Notes: generated from the sequence alone by a model not told the origin. Positions 16,431-25,848 are shown, counted from the first letter of the stretch. The stretch: DNA of 32,000 nt from Gammaproteobacteria bacterium (GCA_003229115.1 QIHT01000241.1:1-32000), one strand, 5' to 3'. Program-made: numbers and translations.

Positions 16431-17720
16431 ATGAGCGGCAAGTTGTTATCCGATAACCTGACTCGATATATCAAACGGTCAAGAAAAGCCACGACCATTT
16501 TATTTACAGACATTGAGGCCTCAACCCAATATTGGGATCGACACGGAGATGTAAAAGGACGACTGTTAGTGGATCGTCACAATCGCCTCGTGTTCCCGGC
16601 TATTCGCCATTTTAGAGGCAGGATTATTAAGACTATTGGTGATGCCGTGATGGCCAGGTTTCGTAGTCCGGAGCAGGCAGTTTTTGCGGCCATTGCGATT
16701 CAACAGGCGCTGGCAGAGGAGCGTGGTAAAGACAAAAAATTCAAACTCAGAGTCCGGATAGGTATCCATACGGGTAAAGCCATAGTTGAACATGGCGATG
16801 TTTACGGTGATGTCGTTAATGTCGCTTCACGGGTGGAGAGTCGAGGTAAAGGTGACGAGATACTGGTTTCTGCAAGCACTGCCAGTAAGCTAAAAAATTC
16901 GGATTTTGGTCTTACCAAAAAAGGCAGCTTTGTTCCAAAAGGCAAGAAAAAATCCATGGTGCTTTATCGCTGCCAGTGGCAGGGTCATCCCAGCCTTATC
17001 GAAAATATTACATTTAATCTATTTCTGCCGCTGGTAAAACGGCAAAAGGCAGAGCTTATGGTTTTTTTGGCAACTGGTTTGGGCATGTTTTATTTTGTAT
17101 ATCTCAATTATTTTCGTTACTTACTGTCAGATTCAGAAACCCGTGCCTTGCTGACGTTAAATCCGCAGGATCTCTTGGCAGTACACCCCCTGGCGCCATC
17201 AGCGCTTATATTTTTTGTACTTGCTATCGTTTATTTTATTGTCAGTATGCAGTCTGTTCCTCACAGTATGTTGCGTATCTTAAAGGGAGGGTTTGGATTA
17301 ACAATCGGTTTTTTTATATTTTTTCTGCCTCAAAAATATTTTCCACTGCCCATTGATCTGGAACTGAGAAAACCTGTTTACGAGTCCAGCCATCTTTTTG
17401 TGGAAGTAACCGGGGAAAATGCAAAATTGTATACCAGGCCGTCTATTGGGAGTGATGTCGTAAGAGAAGTGAAAACAGGGCAACTATTATTGCTCACCGA
17501 CGTTAGTCGTGCGGGTGGAATGGTATGGAACAAAGTGCTTGTTGCTAAAAAACAATATGCATGGATGCCAAGAGTCATTCCACCCAGGATAGGCGTTCCA
17601 TCCCAGAGGATGTCCGTCGCCTATAAATTTTATTTTCGTCGTGCAGATCTTTTTGCCTGGTTGTTTGGGTTGGTCGGATTCGCCTGGGGTTATCTTAATT
17701 TTCGGTTAAGACCAACATAA
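16431..17720 (+). CDS. Class III adenylate/guanylate cyclase with C-terminal multi-TM region and SH3b-like domain
   Basis: 429 aa. CHD motifs ILFTDIEAST, KTIGDAVMARF, RIGIHTG and VNVASRVES. Then about 4 hydrophobic helices, an SH3b-like segment (AKLYTRPSIGSDVVREVKTGQLLLL...WNKV...YAWM) and a final TM helix. Confidence 0.88.
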   Translation: MSGKLLSDNLTRYIKRSRKATTILFTDIEASTQYWDRHGDVKGRLLVDRHNRLVFPAIRHFRGRIIKTIGDAVMARFRSPEQAVFAAIAIQQALAEERGKDKKFKLRVRIGIHTGKAIVEHGDVYGDVVNVASRVESRGKGDEILVSASTASKLKNSDFGLTKKGSFVPKGKKKSMVLYRCQWQGHPSLIENITFNLFLPLVKRQKAELMVFLATGLGMFYFVYLNYFRYLLSDSETRALLTLNPQDLLAVHPLAPSALIFFVLAIVYFIVSMQSVPHSMLRILKGGFGLTIGFFIFFLPQKYFPLPIDLELRKPVYESSHLFVEVTGENAKLYTRPSIGSDVVREVKTGQLLLLTDVSRAGGMVWNKVLVAKKQYAWMPRVIPPRIGVPSQRMSVAYKFYFRRADLFAWLFGLVGFAWGYLNFRLRPT

Positions 17721-17723
17721 CAA

Positions 17724-19771
17724 CTATTTTACCCGCATACCCGGTTGGGCGCCGTCATCGGGGGACAAAATCCACAGGTCTTTTTTACCAGGACCAGCAG
17801 CCAGGACCATGCCTTCAGATAAACCAAAGCGCATTTTACGCGGGGCCAGGTTGGCAACCATGACCGTCAGTTTGCCTTCCAGGTCTGCCGGGTCATAGGC
17901 CTCTTTAATCCCGGCAAAGACATTACGGGTCTCGCCGCCAATATCCAGTGTCAGTTGTAATAATTTATCTGCGCCTTCTACGTGGGCCGCTTTAATTATT
18001 TTCGCGATGCGCAAATCAACTTTTGCAAACTCGTCATAACTAATCTCATCCTTGATCGGGTCAGCGGCCAGTGGGCCGGTTGTTACGGTTGTTGCAGTGG
18101 TTTCTTCGGTCATGGTTAATCCTTCTTGAGCGGCTGTGAGCATGGCTTCGATTGATTTGGGTTCAATACGTTTTGCCAGGTGTTTAAACTTGTTGATAGA
18201 GGTTGGGAATGTTTTTCTGTCTTCCCAATTAAATTCTCGATCAAAACCGAACAATTCACGGGCAACACAGCCGGTGAGTGCAGGTAATATCGGTGTGAGC
18301 CAAATAGAGATGAGATAAAAGGAATGCAAACTGCGTGAGCAGACTTGATGCAATTTATCTCTTTGATCCGGGTCTTTTGCTAGCACCCAGGGCTCGTGTT
18401 TATTAATATATTCATTCGTAACATCAGCAATGTGCATGATGCTGCGTACTGCTTTGCTATATTCTCGCTGTTCAAAGGCTTCGAGAATTGAATCGCTCTC
18501 ACCACCTGTTGCGATTGGGTCAGTCATGTCAGATTCTGGTAGCAACTTGCCATCAAAATATTTACCAATAAAATTCGCCGTGCGACTGGCGATGTTGACA
18601 TATTTTCCAACCAGGTCACTATTTATCCTGGCAGTAAAATCATCAAAGTTAAGATCAATATCTTCAATACCATCAGACAACTTGGCGGCATAGTAATAAC
18701 GCAAGTATTCCGGGTTCAAATGATCGAGATAAGTGCTGGCATTAATAAACGTACCCCGTGACTTGGACATTTTTTTACCGTTGACGGTTAAAAAACCATG
18801 GGCATAAATGGCCGTGGGTATTCGATACCTGGCTATTGGCAGGATTGCAGGCCAGAACAGGGTAGAATATCTTTACCAATAAAATGATAAAGCTCGGTAG
18901 TGTCTTGTTTCCACCATTCGTCAAAATCCAGTCCCTTTTTATTGCACAGATCTTTAAAGCTGGCCATGTAACCCATGGGGGCATCGAGCCAGACATAAAA
19001 ATATTTACCCGGTGCATCGGGGATTTCAAATCCAAAGTAAGGCGCATCGCGGGAAATATCCCAGTCCTGGAGGCCGGCCTCCAGCCACTCGTTCATTTTA
19101 TTGGCCACTTCCGGTTGCACATGTTCTTCCAGAAAATTGCGTAACTGATCTGTGCATTTTGAAATTTTGAAAAAGTAATGCTCTGACTCTTTTTCGATGG
19201 GTTTGGCGCCAGTGATCACTGACACCGGGTTTTTTAATTCAGTGGCGTCATAGGTGGCGCTACACACTTCGCAGTTATCGCCGTACTGATCTTTGGCATC
19301 GCAGTTAGGGCAGGTGCCCTTAATAAAACGATCCGGTAAAAACATTTTCTTATCGGGATCGTAAAACTGGTTTATCGTTTTGTTTTCTATGTAACCTGCA
19401 TCTTGTAGTGACTTATAAATTGATTCAACAAATTCACGGTTTTCATCAGAGTGGGTGCTGTAATAATTATCGAATTGCACACCAAAGGCCTGAAAATCGG
19501 CCTGGTGTTCAGCATTCATTTTTTCGATCAGTGCTTCCGGAGTAATGCCTTCCTGCTGGGCCCGCAACATCACCGGCGTGCCGTGGGCATCATCGGCGCA
19601 GACGTAATAAATCTCATGGCCTTGCATGCCCGGGAAACGCATACGCAGAAAACGCACCCAAATATCGGTCTGGATGTATTCCACCAGGTGTCCCAGGTGA
19701 ATGGCACCATTGGCATAGGGCAGGGCGCTGGTTACCAGGATTTTTCGCGGTTTGTTAGCGGCTTGGGTCAT
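17724..19771 (-). pseudogene. metG: Methionine--tRNA ligase, disrupted by a frameshift near 18861-18865
   Basis: ORF 18833-19771 encodes the MetRS N-terminal half (HLGH motif, Zn knuckle CPNC...CEVC) up to HFIGKDI. ORF 17724-18770 encodes the C-terminal half (KMSKS, anticodon-binding and tRNA-binding domains). The second frame already reads [10 protein letters not shown]...[15 protein letters not shown] from 18872. Only 5 nt lie between the Ile codon of GKDI and the LFW codons, where E. coli MetRS has 5 codons (VYFHS). Confidence 0.9.
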
Positions 19772-20101
19772 GGTTCAGTTATATATAGTATTGGGTCAGA
19801 TGATCTTTTTAATCAATTAAAAAAGCTGCGCCTTTGGCCCAGCTTTGCACGCTAGAATCCCTTCGGGTTACTCAGGTCGCGCGCTAAAGTACCAGTTTTG
19901 GCCATTAGCAGCCAGCGCGATTCCTGATAAATACGACCGGGCCAGTGGTGACGGTAAAAGCAGAATGCCAGCCTCACTACAGGGGATTTATCACTTAAAT
20001 CAGGGTTTCTGGCATGACTTTCACCTGCCCCCAGTGTAGGATTGCGACCCCATTGAAATGAATACTTGACCAATTTAGTACAGATTACGGGAGAACAAAG
20101 A

Positions 20102-21193
20102 ATGGCAGAGATTTCCAAGCAACAGATCGAAACGGCCCTGGCAAAGGTCATCGATCCCTACCTGGAGAAGGACCTGGTTCAGGCCAAGGCCGTCAAGAAT
20201 ATCGCGATTGATGGCGGCAAAATTACCATCGATATCGAGCTGGGATATCCCAGCAAAGGCACAAAAGATGAGCTAGCTGCCAACCTTGAGAAAAAAGTTG
20301 CTGCCGTAGAGGGCGTGTCAGACGTCGCCTTTAATATCTCAAGCAAAATCGACTCCCACGCGGTCCAGCAAGGGGTCAAGCCTATAGAAGGCATCAAGAA
20401 TATTATCGCCATTGCCTCGGGCAAGGGCGGTGTCGGTAAATCTACCATGGCCGTTAATTTGGCCCTGGCATTGTCAGTCGATGGCGCCAGTGTTGGCCTG
20501 CTCGATGCAGACATCTACGGCCCCAGCCAGCCTCGTATGCTGGGTTCTACCGCCAAACCGGACAGTGTCGATGGTAAAACCATGGAGCCGGTTGTCAGCT
20601 ATAACTTGCAAACCATGTCTATCGGTTACCTGGTAGATGAAGAAACCCCCATGATCTGGCGTGGCCCCATGGTCACCCAGGCACTGGAACAGTTGCTGAA
20701 AGATACCAACTGGAAAGACCTGGATTACCTTATTATTGATTTACCGCCAGGTACCGGCGATACCCAGCTGACCCTGGCCCAGAAAGTACCGGTTAGTGGC
20801 GCCGTGATTGTCACCACACCCCAGGACATTGCCTTGCTGGATGCCCGCAAGGCCCTGAAAATGTTTGAGAAGGTGGAAATACCGGTTCTGGGAGTGATCG
20901 AGAACATGAGCACCCATATTTGCAGCGAATGCGGACACGAGGAACATATTTTTGGACAGGGCGGTGGTACCAGCATGTCAGAGCAATACGACGTGCCCTA
21001 CCTTGGTAGCCTGCCCCTTGATATTCGTATCAGGGAAGAAACCGATGCCGGCAAACCGACCGTGGCCGCCGAACCCGAAGCCGCGATTAGCAAAACCTAC
21101 CGCGATATCGCCCGCCGGGTCGCCGCCAAACTGGCGATACAGAAAAAAGACTATGCTTCAAAATTTCCGAATATTGTGATTCAGAATAATTAG
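20102..21193 (+). CDS. apbC: Fe-S cluster carrier ATPase ApbC/Mrp (start at ATG 20102; the track starts at TTG 20066)
   Basis: Deviant Walker A ASGKGGVGKST, CxxC motif (CSECGHEE) and N-terminal DUF59-like domain. GGGAGA RBS 7 nt before ATG 20102. Divergent from metG, as in E. coli. Confidence 0.93.
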   Translation: MAEISKQQIETALAKVIDPYLEKDLVQAKAVKNIAIDGGKITIDIELGYPSKGTKDELAANLEKKVAAVEGVSDVAFNISSKIDSHAVQQGVKPIEGIKNIIAIASGKGGVGKSTMAVNLALALSVDGASVGLLDADIYGPSQPRMLGSTAKPDSVDGKTMEPVVSYNLQTMSIGYLVDEETPMIWRGPMVTQALEQLLKDTNWKDLDYLIIDLPPGTGDTQLTLAQKVPVSGAVIVTTPQDIALLDARKALKMFEKVEIPVLGVIENMSTHICSECGHEEHIFGQGGGTSMSEQYDVPYLGSLPLDIRIREETDAGKPTVAAEPEAAISKTYRDIARRVAAKLAIQKKDYASKFPNIVIQNN

Positions 21194-21219
21194 CAAGTCG
21201 GGAAGTATTTTGCGCGAAC

Positions 21220-21246
21220 AAAAGGCCGGTTCTCCGGCCTTTTTTA
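21220..21246 (+). terminator. Rho-independent terminator after apbC
   Basis: aaaaggccgg-ttct-ccggcctttt perfect 10-bp stem followed by a T-run. Confidence 0.8.
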
Positions 21247-21354
21247 TTGCCCTAAGATTGTATGTCCATGCGGTGTAATAAGAGAAATGCGATTGGAAAC
21301 TGTTCTGGAGTGACATTGAAATATTATGCGTCATTGGTAATGATGTATTATTTG

Positions 21355-21383
21355 TTGACATCGGGTTAGTTTTCGATCATAAT
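21355..21383 (+). promoter_or_regulatory. Candidate sigma70 promoter of the restriction-modification operon
   Basis: TTGACA (21355-21360), a 17-nt spacer, then CATAAT (21378-21383), about 30 nt upstream of the first hsdS-like start. Confidence 0.5.
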
Positions 21384-21413
21384 ATATGCATCATCGTTTA
21401 TGAAGGAATATTT

Positions 21414-22010
21414 TTGAAACTCGCTGAACTTACAACCATATCCGCTGGGCACCCATTTAGAGGGAAAATACCAGAAAAATCCGGTAGCGGTATCCGTGCA
21501 GTGCAGATGAAAGACATCTCTATTGATCAGGGGGTTTGCTGGGATAGTGTTATCGAGACAGAGCTTGCTGGCAAAAAACAACCTGACTGGCTAATAAATG
21601 GCGATATCCTTTTTGCTGCCAGAGGCTCGCGTAATTATGCCGTTCTGATTAATCAGGTTACAGGACAGGTTGTTAGTGCCCCGCATTTCTATATTTTACG
21701 TGTGAATGAGTCATCGCTTATGCCAGAATTTCTGGTCTGGCAGCTCAACCAAAAACCCCTGCAAAACTACTTTGACAAGTTAGCCCAGGGAAAATTAACC
21801 AAGAGTATTACACGCTCAATGCTAGAACACGCTGAAATCACCGTGCCACCACTAGAGAAGCAAACACAAATATTAGGATTGCATAAAACCTTGTTACAGG
21901 AAAAAAAGCTTTATGCCGTACTTGGCAGCAACGCAGATAAATTAATGAATTCGATTGCCAACGAACTTGTGGCAGGTAAAACACTACCGTTAAAAGGAAT
22001 GAAAATATGA
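21414..22010 (+). CDS. hsdS: Half-size type I restriction-modification specificity subunit (single target-recognition domain; TTG start)
   Basis: 198 aa. One TRD (GDILFAARGSRNYAVL, PHFYILRV, FLVWQL) followed by one conserved helix region (VPPLEKQTQILGLHKTLLQEKKLY). Stop overlaps the hsdM ATG (ATATGA). Confidence 0.7.
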   Translation: MKLAELTTISAGHPFRGKIPEKSGSGIRAVQMKDISIDQGVCWDSVIETELAGKKQPDWLINGDILFAARGSRNYAVLINQVTGQVVSAPHFYILRVNESSLMPEFLVWQLNQKPLQNYFDKLAQGKLTKSITRSMLEHAEITVPPLEKQTQILGLHKTLLQEKKLYAVLGSNADKLMNSIANELVAGKTLPLKGMKI

Positions 22011-23575
22011 GCACAACTATAAGCCCCAATCCGATTAGTCAGGACGCAATCAATAAAGCCCTATGGGGGGCGTGCGATACATTCCGTGGCACGGTCAGCG
22101 CCGATACCTATAAAGACTTTATCCTGACCATGTTATTCCTGAAATACATCTCGGATGTTTGGCAGGATCATTACGACAAATACCAGCAAGAGCATGGCGA
22201 CGAACCAGAACTCATTGTTGAGATGATGAAGAATGAGCGCTTTGTGCTGCCCGAAGGTTCAAGCTTTTACACCCTCTATGAAAAGCGTCATGAGCCGGGT
22301 AATGGTGAGCGTATCGACCAGGCGCTTCATGCATTGGAAGAAGCCAACGGTACCAAGCTCCGCGACGCATCAAAATCAGTGTTCCAGGATATAAGCTTTA
22401 ACACTGATAAGCTCGGTGAAGAAAAGCAAAAAAACACTATTCTTCGCCACCTGCTGGAAGACTTTGCCAAAGATGAGTTGAACCTTCGCCCCAGCCGTGT
22501 CGGCTCACTTGATGTTATCGGCAACGCCTATGAATATTTAATTAAGCACTTCGCCGCTGGTGGTGGGCAAAAAGCAGGGGAGTTTTATACCCCTCCCGAA
22601 GTATCTGACCTGATCGCAGAATTACTAGACCCACAAGAGGGCGACACAATCTCTGATCCGGCTTGTGGTTCTGGCTCATTGCTTATGAAATGTGGGCGTA
22701 AGATTAAAGCGCGTTTCAACAGCAAAAAATATGCGCTCTACGGGCAAGAGGCCATCGGTTCTACCTGGTCACTGGCCAAGATGAATATGTTCCTGCATGG
22801 GGAAGACAATCACAAAATCGAATGGGGCGACACTATCCGCAATCCAAAGTTATTGGATAAGAATGGTGGCTTGATGCATTTTGATATTGTCACCGCCAAT
22901 CCGCCATTCAGCCTCGATAAATGGGGCCATGATGAAGCGGATCATGATAAATATGGTCGTTTCCGTCGTGGCATACCACCAAAGACCAAAGGTGACTACG
23001 CCTTTATTCTGCATATGATCGAAACAATGAAACCCGCCTCGTCATCAAAACTGGGGGGACGCATGGGCGTGGTGGTTCCCCATGGTGTTTTGTTCCGTGG
23101 CAGTTCCGAAGGGAAAATTCGCACAAAATTGATTGAGGAAAACTTGTTGGATGCAGTGATAGGCTTGCCTGAAAAACTCTTTTACGGTACGGGCATACCC
23201 GCAGCGATTCTGATCTTCCGCAAGAATCGTCTTTCCCGCGAAGGCGGGAATCCAGGGGTTTTATTCATTGATGCCAGCCGCGAATGCAAAGCAGGTAAAA
23301 ACCAAAACCTGCTCACGCCAGAGAATATTGAAAAGATTGTTACGACCTATAAGGCGCGTAAAAGCGTCGATAAATACGCCTATCTGGCCAGTTTTGAAGA
23401 AATCCAGGAAAACGACTTTAACCTTAATATCCCGCGTTATGTTGATACCTTTGAGGAGGAAGAAGAAATTGATCTGATGGCAGTGCGTAAGGATAGGGAG
23501 GAATTGAAGGCGCAACTAGCTGAGCTGGAAACCGAAATGGATGGTTATCTAAAGGAGCTGGGTTATGGTTCCTGA
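22007..23575 (+). CDS. hsdM: Type I restriction-modification N6-adenine DNA methyltransferase subunit
   Basis: 522 aa. HsdM N-terminal domain, AdoMet motif DPACGSGSLL, catalytic NPPF (VTANPPFSL) and C-terminal coiled coil. Confidence 0.95.
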   Translation: MSTTISPNPISQDAINKALWGACDTFRGTVSADTYKDFILTMLFLKYISDVWQDHYDKYQQEHGDEPELIVEMMKNERFVLPEGSSFYTLYEKRHEPGNGERIDQALHALEEANGTKLRDASKSVFQDISFNTDKLGEEKQKNTILRHLLEDFAKDELNLRPSRVGSLDVIGNAYEYLIKHFAAGGGQKAGEFYTPPEVSDLIAELLDPQEGDTISDPACGSGSLLMKCGRKIKARFNSKKYALYGQEAIGSTWSLAKMNMFLHGEDNHKIEWGDTIRNPKLLDKNGGLMHFDIVTANPPFSLDKWGHDEADHDKYGRFRRGIPPKTKGDYAFILHMIETMKPASSSKLGGRMGVVVPHGVLFRGSSEGKIRTKLIEENLLDAVIGLPEKLFYGTGIPAAILIFRKNRLSREGGNPGVLFIDASRECKAGKNQNLLTPENIEKIVTTYKARKSVDKYAYLASFEEIQENDFNLNIPRYVDTFEEEEEIDLMAVRKDREELKAQLAELETEMDGYLKELGYGS

Positions 23576-24770
23576 TGGTTGGGATATTCAAACAATCGCA
23601 GATATAGCTAAAGTTACGTCAGGAGGAACTCCAAGCCGTAAGAATGATGCGTATTGGGAGGGTAATATTCCTTGGGTTACGACTGCTGAAGTTCATTTTA
23701 ATACTATTGTAGATTCAGAGCAGAAAATAACTAAATCTGGGCTTGATAATTCTTCTGCCAAGTTATTTCCTTCAGATACCATCCTAATGGCTATGTATGG
23801 TCAAGGAAAAACTCGTGGGCAGGTGGCAAAGCTAGGTATAGAGGCGAGTACTAATCAAGCTTGTGCCGCCATCTTACTCAAAGATAATTTAAGCACGGAC
23901 TATTATTACTTATTCTTGCAAAGCCAATATAAGAATATTCGAAATTTAAGTAACTCGGGTGGACAGAAAAACTTGAGTGCGTGTTTAGTCAAGTCCATTA
24001 AAGTTCCTGTTCCACCGCTACTTGAACAAAAGAAAATCGCCAAAATCCTATCAACATGGGATCGAGCGATTGAGGTAACAGAAAAGCAAATCAGCAACAG
24101 TCAGCAACAAAAAAAGTTCCTTATGCATCAACTCCTCACCGGAAAAAAACGCCTTCCCGGCTTTAGTGGGGAGTGGGAAAAAAAAGTTCTTTCCAAGATA
24201 GCAGATATTGTGATGGGCTCGTCACCTAAGTCTGAGAGTTATAATAATCACGAAAAAGGCTTGCCCTTGTTACAGGGGAACGCAGATATAAAAAATAGAT
24301 TATCTGCTCCAAGAGCCTATACATCCCAAATAACTAAGGAATGTCTAGTTGATGATATTTTGCTTAGTGTTAGAGCGCCTGTTGGCGAAGTTTCTCGTTC
24401 AATTCATCACGCGTGTATCGGGCGAGGTATAGCGGCAATAAGAGCCAAAGAAGATACATCTCAAAATTATCTATATCAATGGCTATTGTACTTTGAACCA
24501 AAATGGGAAAAGTTGTCACAGGGGAGCACATTTGAAGCTGTTAATAGTAACGATATTAAAACATTGTATATTGATGTCCCTCAAAAAGAAGAACAACAAA
24601 AAATAGCTTTAATCCTTTTCTCTGCCGATAAAGAAATTGAAACCCTAAAGCAAAAACTTGAATGCGTCCGCCAAGAGAAAAAGGCACTAATGCAACAACT
24701 CCTCACCGGCAAACGCCGCGTGAAAATTGATGAGGATGATGTTCCTATCAAGGAGGTTGTGCGTGCCTGA
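23565..24770 (+). CDS. hsdS: Type I restriction-modification specificity subunit (two TRDs)
   Basis: 401 aa. Starts MVPDGW. Two TRDs, each followed by a conserved repeat (PPLLEQKKIAKILS...LMHQLLTGKKRL and PQKEEQQKIALILF...LMQQLLTGKRRV). 11-nt overlap with hsdM. Confidence 0.92.
   Translation: MVPDGWDIQTIADIAKVTSGGTPSRKNDAYWEGNIPWVTTAEVHFNTIVDSEQKITKSGLDNSSAKLFPSDTILMAMYGQGKTRGQVAKLGIEASTNQACAAILLKDNLSTDYYYLFLQSQYKNIRNLSNSGGQKNLSACLVKSIKVPVPPLLEQKKIAKILSTWDRAIEVTEKQISNSQQQKKFLMHQLLTGKKRLPGFSGEWEKKVLSKIADIVMGSSPKSESYNNHEKGLPLLQGNADIKNRLSAPRAYTSQITKECLVDDILLSVRAPVGEVSRSIHHACIGRGIAAIRAKEDTSQNYLYQWLLYFEPKWEKLSQGSTFEAVNSNDIKTLYIDVPQKEEQQKIALILFSADKEIETLKQKLECVRQEKKALMQQLLTGKRRVKIDEDDVPIKEVVRA
24752..24768 (+). 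repeat. Junction repeat copy 1 (GGAGGTTGTGCGTGCCT: RBS + GTG start)
   Basis: Matches 25830-25846 (GGAGGTTGCGAGTGCCT) at 15/17 positions. Both copies contain the stop-proximal codons of the upstream gene plus GGAGG, 6 nt and GTG-CCT of the downstream gene. Confidence 0.7.
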
Positions 24771-25848
24771 TATTATTTCATTCGCAGATGCTATTGCAGA
24801 CTCAGAGCAATATAAAAAACGTCATTTGTTGTTAGGGAATGGCTTTAGTATTGGCTGCCGTGCCGACATATTCCATTATGAGTCTCTCTTTGGGGAAGCT
24901 GATTTTTCGGGTATGCCTGAGGCGAAACAGGTTTTTGAGTCTTTGCAGACCCAGGATTTTGAAGTAGCAATTCGAGCGCTTGAGAGTGGCTCAAAAATTC
25001 TTCCTGTCTATGCGCCCAATGATGTCGCAAGTGTTCAGGCAATGAGCAAACACGCTATTGCTCTCAAAGATTTACTGGTGGCCACAATCGCTGGTAATCA
25101 TCCACCCAGCCCTAATGCTATAGACAATCAAGAGTTTTGGGCTTGTCGAAATTTTTTGAGTAATTTTCTTGCGCCTGATAAAAGCGGGTATGTATTCACC
25201 CTGAACTATGATCTGCTTCTGTATTGGGCATTAATGCATAGCGACAATCTTTTTGACGAGAAGACTGTTGAGCTTAAAAAAAATGATGGCTTTGATAATG
25301 ATGAAGATGACCCGGATGCTGATTATGTTGTCTGGCAAGGTGAAACAGCTGCGCATAGTGCAAATGTCCTTTTCCTGCATGGCGCGCTTCATCTTTTTGA
25401 TTCGGGCGCAGAGCTTCAAAAATATACCTGGGTTCGCAAGGGTGAGCCACTGGTAGATCAAGCACGTAGCGCAATAACTGCAAATAAATTTCCACTTTTT
25501 GTGGCCGAAGGCACGAGCACCCAGAAGAAAAACAAAATTCGTCACAATGCATATTTATATCAGTGTTTCAAGGTACTGACGGCCAATGCACAGACTGGCA
25601 CACATTGTTTTTTCATCTTTGGCCATTCATTGGCTGATAATGACGATCACATTCTTAAGCGTCTTGGCAAAGGTCGTTTCAAAAAATTATATGTAGGTAT
25701 TTTCGGAGAAGCAGATAATCCAGAAAACAAAAAAGTAATTGCGCGTGCCAACGCTATAGCGGCGCTAAGGCATAATCGATATCCGCTTGAAGTTGTCTTT
25801 TTTGATTCTGCTTCTGCCAATGTTTGGGGGGAGGTTGCGAGTGCCTAG
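24763..25848 (+). CDS. DUF4917-like protein with SIR2-type motifs (candidate NAD-consuming defence effector); start at GTG 24763
   Basis: AGGAGG RBS 6 nt before GTG 24763. The protein begins MPDIISFADAI. Contains LLLGNGFS (GxGxS-like), TLNYD and LHG motifs, in the order and spacing seen in SIR2/SIR2_2-type domains. Overlaps the hsdS stop. Confidence 0.75.
   Translation: MPDIISFADAIADSEQYKKRHLLLGNGFSIGCRADIFHYESLFGEADFSGMPEAKQVFESLQTQDFEVAIRALESGSKILPVYAPNDVASVQAMSKHAIALKDLLVATIAGNHPPSPNAIDNQEFWACRNFLSNFLAPDKSGYVFTLNYDLLLYWALMHSDNLFDEKTVELKKNDGFDNDEDDPDADYVVWQGETAAHSANVLFLHGALHLFDSGAELQKYTWVRKGEPLVDQARSAITANKFPLFVAEGTSTQKKNKIRHNAYLYQCFKVLTANAQTGTHCFFIFGHSLADNDDHILKRLGKGRFKKLYVGIFGEADNPENKKVIARANAIAALRHNRYPLEVVFFDSASANVWGEVASA
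25830..25846 (+). repeat. Junction repeat copy 2 (GGAGGTTGCGAGTGCCT)
   Basis: See 24752-24768. Confidence 0.7.

Noticed and set aside
18775-19047. 90-aa ORF in the third frame across the metG frameshift region
   Set aside because: Its translation has no MetRS or other similarity, and it lies wholly within metG-coding DNA. The two other frames account for the MetRS sequence.
19772-20101. About 330-bp metG-apbC intergenic region with two tracked ORFs (64 and 99 aa), considered as a possible structured ncRNA or riboswitch
   Set aside because: The ORFs lack RBSs and any recognisable similarity. I compared the region by eye with 4.5S, 6S, RNase P and tmRNA signature sequences and found none. Only a weak 6-bp pairing (cgcgct/agcgcg) is visible. 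It is most simply a divergent promoter region, though a covariance-model scan would be needed to exclude an ncRNA.
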